From: an uncultured Bacilli bacterium
Lineage (GTDB): Bacteria > Bacillota_I > Bacilli_A > ML615J-28 > CAG-698
NCBI GenBank assembly: GCA_947624315.1
Contig: CANQJU010000001.1
Span: 1 to 41,818, forward strand
DNA: 41,818 nt
Direction: 5' to 3'
The notes beneath the pieces were generated by a model. It was not told the DNA's origin. It saw nothing but the letters and a program-made list of their open reading frames with translations, and searched no databases. Both the position numbers and the translations under genes were made by a program. Shown here one piece after another: positions 9,414 through 15,697 of the stretch. The first letter of the stretch is position 1. Each line of letters starts with the position of its first letter.

Positions 9414-10086
9414 TATATTCCTCTAAATCTTTATATATAGAAAAAGATAATTCTGCTAAATGATATTTATCTTTTTCATTTTTAACATTGTACCACATAA
9501 ATTTCAAGCTACATTCTTTAGCAAAATATCCATCAATTAAATAATCATTGCCAATAAAGATACTTTCTTCTTTATTTATTTCTAATTTTGATTTTTCAAA
9601 AAATAATAATGATGGTTTACGATAGCCAAAATCTGCGGAAGAATAAATATTTTTAAAATATTTATCTATTTGAAAATTATTTAAAGTTATTTTTAATAAA
9701 TCACTTTCAAAAGTTGAATTACTATATAAATAAACATTTAAGCTATTTTTAAAACAATATTCTAAAAAATCTTTAGCATCATTATTAACACTATCATAAA
9801 CATATTTTCTATATATATCTTCTTCTAATTCTTTTATACTCTTCTTATAAACAATTGCTAACTTACTAGATATATCTTTTAAATATTCACTAAAAGAAAT
9901 CTCACAATTATTAATATCTCTTAAAGAATACTTTTTTTTAAATATAAAATAAGATAAAGATATAAATTCTTTCTTTTCTAATTTTACAGAAGAATTATCA
10001 TATATATAAGATAAACATTCCTTAAAATCAAAACCTAAATTGTTAATTATTGTATTGCCTAAATCAATTAATATATTTCTAATCAT
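9394..10086 (-). CDS. HAD-like hydrolase with a degenerate motif I
   Basis: 230 aa. The N-terminal ILIDLGNT resembles HAD motif I but has Gly where the second Asp is expected. A late FIGNDYLIDG resembles motif IV. It overlaps the queH start by 20 nt. Confidence 0.45.
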   Translation of the reverse strand: MIRNILIDLGNTIINNLGFDFKECLSYIYDNSSVKLEKKEFISLSYFIFKKKYSLRDINNCEISFSEYLKDISSKLAIVYKKSIKELEEDIYRKYVYDSVNNDAKDFLEYCFKNSLNVYLYSNSTFESDLLKITLNNFQIDKYFKNIYSSADFGYRKPSLLFFEKSKLEINKEESIFIGNDYLIDGYFAKECSLKFMWYNVKNEKDKYHLAELSFSIYKDLEEYIDENNK

Positions 10087-10144
10087 AACACATTTATTAT
10101 AATCAAAATATCTAAAAAGTCAAACAATTGCCATATCTTTTCAT

Positions 10145-10174
10145 GCATATTTTCCTAAAGTATTGGAAATATTA
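10145..10174 (+). promoter_or_regulatory. forespore (sigma-F/sigma-G type) promoter for sspI
   Basis: GCATA, a 15-nt spacer, then GGAAATATTA. As I recall them, this fits the B. subtilis sigma-F consensus (GCATR-N15-GGnRAnAnTW) and, with 18-nt spacing, most of the sigma-G -10. It lies about 25 nt upstream of the AAGGAGG RBS. Confidence 0.45.
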
Positions 10175-10198
10175 ATATTATCTATAAAGGAGGAAATT

Positions 10199-10405
10199 AT
10201 GGATTTAGATATTAGAAAAGCAGTACTTGCTAATTTAAACAATTCAACATATGATGATGTTAGAAAAACAATCGATGATGCTCTAGCTACTCAAGAGGAA
10301 AAAGTATTACCCGGTTTAGGAGTTATGTTTGAAGTATATATGCACAATTGTTCGGAAGAAGAAAGAAGTCAAGTTGTTAGTAAAATTACTAAAGCACTTA
10401 ATTAA
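10199..10405 (+). CDS. sspI: small acid-soluble spore protein SspI
   Basis: 68 aa: MDLDIRKAVLANL...EEKVLPGLGVMFEVYM. It aligns closely with B. subtilis SspI as I recall it (MDLNLRHAVIANV...EEKMLPGLGVLFEVIW). A strong AAGGAGG RBS precedes the ATG at 10199, so the ORF-track start at 10163 is an extension. Confidence 0.85.
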   Translation: MDLDIRKAVLANLNNSTYDDVRKTIDDALATQEEKVLPGLGVMFEVYMHNCSEEERSQVVSKITKALN

Positions 10406-10475
10406 AAAACTCATATCAAATGATATGAGATCACAAATTAATACAAAAAAAGAACTATTTATGTTATAATTAAAC

Positions 10476-10554
10476 ATGGTAAAACCTCCTAGCAGAGATA
10501 TTTTACCATAGAAGTACTTAAGGTTGGATTCCTTTAGTACTTTTATTTTATTTT
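10476..10554 (+). ncRNA. candidate small RNA of about 80 nt: a 5' hairpin with a CCUCCU loop plus an intrinsic terminator
   Basis: The extended -10 TGTTATAAT (10462-10470) predicts a TSS near 10476. A perfect 9-bp stem, ATGGTAAAA/TTTTACCAT (10476-10509), encloses the loop CCTCCTAGCAGAGATA. A second hairpin, AGTACTTAAGG/CCTTTAGTACT (10513-10541), is followed by TTTATTTTATTTT. There is no downstream plus-strand gene for 2.5 kb. Confidence 0.3.
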
Positions 10555-10561
10555 AAAGCAT

Positions 10562-10604
10562 GAAAAAAGGGGCAAACCTAATTCATAGGTTTTTTAACAG
10601 CCCC
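10562..10604 (-). terminator. intrinsic terminator of tkt
   Basis: On the minus strand, directly after the tkt stop: GGGGC...AAACCTA/TAGGTTT...GCCCC, then TTTTTT. Confidence 0.7.
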
Positions 10605-12560
10605 TTATTTTATTTCTTTTAAAATTTTTTCAACTGTAAAACCAAAATAATCCATAGTAACCGAAGCATGTGCACTCTCACCAAAAGTATGCATATTGAT
10701 TAATTTATCATCTGTTGATAAGTATTTATAATAATGCGTAGCATCACTTGCTTCGATAGCTACTTTGGCTATTTCTTTCGGTAAAACATCTTCTTTATAT
10801 TCTTGATTTTGTTTATCAAAAAGATAGAAACTTGGCATGCTTACTACTCTTGTCCCAATGCTTTCTTTTTCTAAAGCGCAAGCAACATCTATAGCTAATT
10901 TCACTTCACTACCACTAGCTATTAAAATCTTTTGTAATTTCAAAGTTTCTTTTTTAATTATATATCCACCTTTAGCTAATTGATTTTCCTTTTCTTCTTT
11001 TCTTATATTTTCTACATCCTGACGTGTTAAAACTAAAACAGTCGGATTATTTGGTGAATGAAGATATACATCGTATGCTTCTTTCACTTCAATGCTATCA
11101 CATGGACGTATAACATTCAAATTAGGAACACTTCTTAGCATTGTCAATTGTTCAATAGGTTGATGAGTTGGACCATCTTCCCCTACAGCAATCGAATCAT
11201 GAGAGAAGATATATAAAACAGGAAGTTTCATTAAACTTGATAATCTAATAGCTGGTTTCATATAATCGCAAAAGACAAAGAAACCACCACAGAAAGGTTT
11301 AAAACCACCATGTAAGGCAAGTCCATTAGAAATAGCGGCCATGGCATGTTCTCTAACCCCATAAACTAAATTTCGACCTAAGCGATTATCTTTAGAAAAA
11401 TCACCATCAATACCTTTAACTTTAGATGATGAAGCTAAATCAGCACTACCACCAATAAAGCGAGGATCTTTTTGACTTAATAATGTTAAAATCTCTCCAC
11501 TACTAGCACGTGTAGCTTTCTTTTCACCAACTAAATAGTTAGGTAAATCTTTATGAATATCTATGTTAAAATCTCCATAGATTTGTTTATAGAATATATC
11601 ATAATCATTATGATATTCATGTTGATATTTTTTTTCGTTTTCTTTTTCTTTATTATATATTTTTAAATTGTTCTCTTGATGTTTTTTATATAAATCATAA
11701 ACATCACTACTAACACTAAAGGCTTCTCCACCCAATTCTTGACGGAATCTATGAACTTCTTCTTCAGGTAAAGGATTACCATGGCTTTTGTTACTATCTT
11801 CCCAACAAGATCCAGCACCAATTTTAGTTTTGATTTCAATTAGTGATGGAGACAATGATTTTTGAGCTTTTTTAATTGCTTTTAATATTTCTTCACAATC
11901 TCTACCATCTTCAACAAGATAATAACTAAATCCCATTGCTTGATATTTTTCTTTGACATTTTCGGTATTAGTCATAGAAACTTTTCCATCTAATTGAATA
12001 TTATTAGAATCATACAAAATTATCAATTTTGATAATTGCAAATGTCCAGCTAAAGAAATAGCTTCTTGAGTAACTCCTTCTTGCAAATCACCATCACCAC
12101 ATAAGACATAAGTATAATGGTCGATAATCTTTACATCATCTTTATTATATTTATTTCTTAAATGGCTTTCAGCAATCGCCATACCCACTGCTTCAGGAAT
12201 TCCTTGTCCCAAAGGACCGCTAGTAGCATCAACTCCCAAAGTAGCTTCTATTTCTGGATGTCCAGGAGTTTTACTTTTTAATTTTCGGAATTGTTTTAAA
12301 TCTTCACACGTAATATCAAATCCAGCTAAATGCAAACTTGCATATAATAAACTGGAACCATGTCCCGCAGCCAAGACAAAACGATCGCGATTAATCCAAT
12401 GAGGATCAAGAGGGTTAACCTTTAAAACCTTTGAATATAAAGTGTACATAATGGGAGCAGCTCCTAAAGCAATTCCTGGATGTCCACTTTTAGCCGCATT
12501 AATTTCTTCTAAAGATAATGTAGCTAAAGTTTTAATGGCTTTTTGATCAAGATTAGTCAT
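10605..12560 (-). CDS. tkt: transketolase
   Basis: 651 aa with GHPG, the thiamine-diphosphate motif CGDGDLQEG, and the characteristic HDSIAVGEDGPTHQPIE. Confidence 0.95.
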   Translation of the reverse strand: MTNLDQKAIKTLATLSLEEINAAKSGHPGIALGAAPIMYTLYSKVLKVNPLDPHWINRDRFVLAAGHGSSLLYASLHLAGFDITCEDLKQFRKLKSKTPGHPEIEATLGVDATSGPLGQGIPEAVGMAIAESHLRNKYNKDDVKIIDHYTYVLCGDGDLQEGVTQEAISLAGHLQLSKLIILYDSNNIQLDGKVSMTNTENVKEKYQAMGFSYYLVEDGRDCEEILKAIKKAQKSLSPSLIEIKTKIGAGSCWEDSNKSHGNPLPEEEVHRFRQELGGEAFSVSSDVYDLYKKHQENNLKIYNKEKENEKKYQHEYHNDYDIFYKQIYGDFNIDIHKDLPNYLVGEKKATRASSGEILTLLSQKDPRFIGGSADLASSSKVKGIDGDFSKDNRLGRNLVYGVREHAMAAISNGLALHGGFKPFCGGFFVFCDYMKPAIRLSSLMKLPVLYIFSHDSIAVGEDGPTHQPIEQLTMLRSVPNLNVIRPCDSIEVKEAYDVYLHSPNNPTVLVLTRQDVENIRKEEKENQLAKGGYIIKKETLKLQKILIASGSEVKLAIDVACALEKESIGTRVVSMPSFYLFDKQNQEYKEDVLPKEIAKVAIEASDATHYYKYLSTDDKLINMHTFGESAHASVTMDYFGFTVEKILKEIK

Positions 12561-12561
12561 T

Positions 12562-12936
12562 TTATTTCTCCATTAATTTATAAACATATTTAGCACGATC
12601 ACTATATGAGGCTTTAACTAGATTGCCAACTAATAAAACACCAGTTGCACCTAATTCCTTTAATCTTTCACCATTAACCTTATCAATGTCTTGGACAGTA
12701 ACAGTAATACGATTCATTTCTAGTTTAATCTCAAGAATATTTTCTTCTCCGCCATAAGCTTCATAAAAAATCATTCTTTGTTCAAGATCAACTCCTTCAG
12801 ACTCTTCTATTTCATTGTGAGCTTTTCTTAATTGGCGACGATTTCTAACCAATTTAAAAATTGCAAATACAACTAAAACAGCAATAGGAATAACACATAT
12901 AGCAAGTAGCATTAAAGTTATAGTTTGTCTATCCAT
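12562..12936 (-). CDS. membrane-anchored PTS EIIB-like domain protein lacking the phospho-Cys
   Basis: 124 aa with an N-terminal TM helix. The segment YGGEENILEIKLEMNRITVTVQDIDKVNGERLKELGATGV matches the glucose-type EIIB fold pattern (GGxxNI...C-x-TRLR...D...lk.lg..gv). It has M-N-R-I-T in place of C-x-T-R-L-R. There is a 1-nt gap to the tkt start. Confidence 0.55.
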   Translation of the reverse strand: MDRQTITLMLLAICVIPIAVLVVFAIFKLVRNRRQLRKAHNEIEESEGVDLEQRMIFYEAYGGEENILEIKLEMNRITVTVQDIDKVNGERLKELGATGVLLVGNLVKASYSDRAKYVYKLMEK

Positions 12937-12992
12937 TTTATCTCTCCTTCATATTTATATTAAAAAATATATTTTCTTTCTTATTTTATAAT

Positions 12993-13021
12993 ATTATACC
13001 ACAATTATTTTTATTTGAGAA
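12993..13021 (-). promoter_or_regulatory. sigma-A promoter of the EIIB-like/tkt operon
   Basis: On the minus strand, TTCTCA, a 17-nt spacer, then TGGTATAAT (extended -10). Confidence 0.4.
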
Positions 13022-13103
13022 GATAATATTTTTTTCTTTTAATTCAATTATTTACTTAAAATATTTTTTCTTATTTAGAATATAATGATACTGGTGAATT
13101 GTT

Positions 13104-13904
13104 ATGGATTATAAAAAAATATTAATATATATATTACTGGGGTTTATACAAGGAATTACTGAACCACTTCCCATTTCTTCTAGTGGACATATGGTTGTTT
13201 TAGAATATTTTTTACATATTTCTTTTTCTGATTTAAATTTTAAAATATTTGTAAATTTAGCTTCACTTTTAGCTATAATTATATATTATCGTAAATTTAT
13301 TAGTAATTTAGTTTGCGGATGTTTTTTATATTTGTTTAAAAAAGACAAAAATAGAAAAAATGATTTTTTATACTTTCTATATATCGTAATAGCTTGCGTG
13401 CCATCAGGGATTTTTGGAATATTTTTAAAAGATTATATTGATAGCCAATTATCTAACATTTTAACTGTTACTATTTCCTTTTTTATTACTAGTATTGTTC
13501 TTTTTATTATTCATAATTTATCACTTAATAAAAATAAAAAGGAACTTAATTATAAAAAAAGCTTAGCAATTGGAAGTTTCCAAATTGTTGGTTTAATTCC
13601 TGGTATTAGTCGTAGTGGTATTACATCTTTAGGAGGATTATTAAATAAATTATCACTAGATGAAGCATTACGATTTTCCTTTATGATGTATATCCCCACA
13701 AGTCTCGGAGCTTTAATCTTAAGTATTCCCTCATCTAACATATATAAAAGTTTTAATATATCCTATTTTTTATCTTTTTTAACAAGCTTTATCGGTACTT
13801 ATATTGGTTTAGTTTTATTTTTTCATTTAGTAAAGAAAGAAAACTTTAAATATTTTGCTATTTACTTACTTATTCTATCAATTATACTTTTAATATTTAT
13901 TTAA
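13104..13904 (+). CDS. uppP: undecaprenyl-diphosphate phosphatase
   Basis: 266 aa polytopic membrane protein with the PISSSGH and PGISRSG motifs of BacA/UppP. Confidence 0.9.
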   Translation: MDYKKILIYILLGFIQGITEPLPISSSGHMVVLEYFLHISFSDLNFKIFVNLASLLAIIIYYRKFISNLVCGCFLYLFKKDKNRKNDFLYFLYIVIACVPSGIFGIFLKDYIDSQLSNILTVTISFFITSIVLFIIHNLSLNKNKKELNYKKSLAIGSFQIVGLIPGISRSGITSLGGLLNKLSLDEALRFSFMMYIPTSLGALILSIPSSNIYKSFNISYFLSFLTSFIGTYIGLVLFFHLVKKENFKYFAIYLLILSIILLIFI

Positions 13905-13924
13905 AAAAAGGGTTATTATCTATA

Positions 13925-13970
13925 CAAAAAAACACCTCATTTCATAAATTATTAATGAAAGTGAGGTGTT
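13925..13970 (-). terminator. strong hairpin acting as a minus-strand intrinsic terminator; its plus-strand 3' arm contains the RBS of the CotZ-like gene
   Basis: AACACCTCATTTCAT (13931-13945) pairs with ATGAAAGTGAGGTGTT (13955-13970): 15 bp with one bulge. On the minus strand it is followed by a T-run (plus-strand A-run 13926-13930). On the plus strand no T-run follows. The SD (GAGG, 13963-13966) lies in the stem. Confidence 0.5.
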
Positions 13971-13975
13971 AAGAT

Positions 13976-14419
13976 ATGGCTTGTTGCAACACAAATAATA
14001 ACAATAACAATAATAATGTTCAACCTACTAATGGTTCTTATATTTATCAAACAGTTGTAAAAATTGATCAACTACAAAAAGAAGCAACTATGCAAAGTTT
14101 GTGTGAAGGTTGCGATGCAACTTTAATGGCACAAATTTATAACACAAAACCAGTTTCTTTTATTCTTTGTAGCGGTGAATTATTTACAGCTACAACTCCT
14201 GATACAGCTGCTACAACTACATCTGTATTTAGAATTGAAGATGTCCGCCAAGATTCTGTTGTTTTACGTCTTATTGATACAACTACAACTCCTGACGAAC
14301 CTACTTGTACAAATTACACTGTAATCTTCTGTTTGAACTGTGCATGTGGCTTACAATGCTTCCAACCTATTTGTTGTGAAAAATGTACAGGTGCATGTAA
14401 TAATGCAGCGGCAGCTTAA
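13976..14419 (+). CDS. CotY/CotZ/ExsY family cysteine-rich spore coat/crust protein with an N-terminal poly-Asn tract
   Basis: 147 aa. IDQLQKEA, CEGCDATL, KPVSFIL, VFRIEDVRQDSVVLRLI and TNYTVIFCLNCACGLQCFQP parallel B. subtilis CotZ as I recall it (IEDLQNAV, CPTGCHSKLL, VPFAIF, FFRVERVHGSCATLSLL, TNYCIEVDLDCFCAINCLNP). There are 8 consecutive Asn residues, and the tail is ICCEKCTGACNN. Confidence 0.7.
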   Translation: MACCNTNNNNNNNNVQPTNGSYIYQTVVKIDQLQKEATMQSLCEGCDATLMAQIYNTKPVSFILCSGELFTATTPDTAATTTSVFRIEDVRQDSVVLRLIDTTTTPDEPTCTNYTVIFCLNCACGLQCFQPICCEKCTGACNNAAAA

Positions 14420-14760
14420 AAACGAATAATGGAGATGTATGATATTTTATCGATATCTAAATCTATGCTTTCGCTATCAGTAATATATACTTTTAAAATG
14501 TTTTGTAATCGATAGTATGGTATACCTTCAATAACATCACCATCATACAAAATATGGCAATAGACAGGTCGCTTTTTATTATACATCTCAATTATGTTTT
14601 TTATTTTGTTTTCATCAATTTGTTCTTTAGAAACAATATTTTCATTTATTTTATTTATTGTTTTAGGATTGCGACTATCATACACAACTTGTTCATTTGA
14701 TTTTTCAATCTTTGAACTTGCTGAATTAATAAACATTAGTGGTCCTTTTTCACTCAACAT
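14416..14760 (-). CDS. hypothetical protein, possibly spore-coat associated (CotO-like C-terminal pattern, weak)
   Basis: 114 aa with an SD (GGGTGA) 6 nt upstream of the ATG. The C-terminal RPVYCHILYDGDVIEGIPYY...IDKISYISII resembles, from memory only, the C-terminus of CotO-type proteins. It is convergent with the CotZ-like gene and shares the stop sequence TTAA. Confidence 0.35.
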   Translation of the reverse strand: MLSEKGPLMFINSASSKIEKSNEQVVYDSRNPKTINKINENIVSKEQIDENKIKNIIEMYNKKRPVYCHILYDGDVIEGIPYYRLQNILKVYITDSESIDLDIDKISYISIIRF

Positions 14761-14762
14761 AA

Positions 14763-14802
14763 AATATCACCCAAGTATATATATGACTTGAGTGATATTT
14801 TT
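14763..14802. terminator. bidirectional hairpin terminator (coaX on the minus strand, CotZ-like read-through on the plus strand) overlapping the RBS of the 114-aa gene
   Basis: AATATCACCCAAGT (14763-14776) pairs with ACTTGAGTGATATT (14786-14799) with one mismatch. The plus strand is followed by TTTTT. The minus strand is followed by TTTTATG. Confidence 0.5.
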
Positions 14803-14806
14803 ATGT

Positions 14807-15571
14807 CTATTTACTATTTTTTTGATAAATTATCTTTAAACCTTCTAATAATAAGTTTTCATCATAAATGACTTTAGATTCCAATGAATCAAGAACAAAT
14901 CTTGCTTCTCCACCAGTAATAACAACTTGAGATTCTCCTTGTTCTTTTTGTATTTTTTTAACTAAGCCATCAATACATGATGCCATTCCATAAGTCATTC
15001 CACTTTGTAATGATGTTATAGTGTCATTCCCAACAACATTCTTTGGTCTTTCAATTCCAACCTCTTCTAGTTTAGAAGCTCTTTGGAACAAAGCATTATA
15101 TGAAGTTTTTATACCAGGTAATATAACACCGCCTAATAATTCTTTCTTACTATTTACATAGCATATGCTAATAGCTGTTCCCATATCTATAACAATAACT
15201 GGGCATTGATATTTATTGACAGCTGCAACGGCACCAACAAGGATATCAGCTCCTAATTGTTTAGGATTTTCAAGGCGAATATTTATGCCATTTTTAACAC
15301 CAGGCCCAACAAACATAACTTTCTTATTAAAGTATTTATCAAAAGCTTTTTCAATAATACGATCAATTTGAGGAACAACACTAGAAATGATTATTCCTTC
15401 AATGTTTTCACTTTTAAAATTTGTAGCATCAATTAATTGTCTTAATTTTACACCATATTCATCAACTGTTTGATAAATATTTGTTTGTAAACGAAATGAT
15501 TCTAAAAGTTCATCATTTTTATAAATTCCTAAAACTATATTTGTATTTCCTATATCAATACAAATAATCAT
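14807..15571 (-). CDS. coaX: type III pantothenate kinase
   Basis: 254 aa with the N-terminal IDIGNTN and the ASKHA-fold pattern typical of CoaX. Confidence 0.9.
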   Translation of the reverse strand: MIICIDIGNTNIVLGIYKNDELLESFRLQTNIYQTVDEYGVKLRQLIDATNFKSENIEGIIISSVVPQIDRIIEKAFDKYFNKKVMFVGPGVKNGINIRLENPKQLGADILVGAVAAVNKYQCPVIVIDMGTAISICYVNSKKELLGGVILPGIKTSYNALFQRASKLEEVGIERPKNVVGNDTITSLQSGMTYGMASCIDGLVKKIQKEQGESQVVITGGEARFVLDSLESKVIYDENLLLEGLKIIYQKNSK

Positions 15572-15642
15572 ATTATCACTTCCTCATATATATTTTATCA
15601 TATGAACTTATTTTTGAAAATAGATAAACATCATTTTTTGAT

Positions 15643-15676
15643 TAAAAAAGAGTTGATTTTAATAAACCAACTCTTA
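15643..15676 (-). terminator. intrinsic terminator of the metallophosphoesterase gene
   Basis: On the minus strand, AAGAGTTG-loop-CAACTCTT followed by TTTTTT. Confidence 0.6.
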
Positions 15677-15697
15677 TTTTTATCCTATTATTTTATA

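Noticed and set aside
10410-10429. Hairpin CTCATATCA/TGATATGAG right after the sspI stop as the sspI terminator
   Set aside because: The loop is only 2 nt and no U-run follows, so it is a poor intrinsic terminator. Real termination is more likely at the 10513-10554 hairpin, which is why the sRNA candidate may alternatively be the sspI 3' UTR.
10476-10511. Leaderless 11-codon ORF (MVKPPSRDILP) at the 5' end of the sRNA candidate
   Set aside because: It has no RBS, lies within a perfect hairpin, and is too short to evaluate. I kept it only as an alternative reading of the sRNA candidate.
13985-14014. Poly-Asn codon run in the CotZ-like gene as a slipped-strand phase-variation tract
   Set aside because: The run mixes AAT and AAC codons (aat aat aac aat aac aat aat aat). 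It is not a perfect repeat, and any slippage would be in-frame. There is no evidence for on/off switching.
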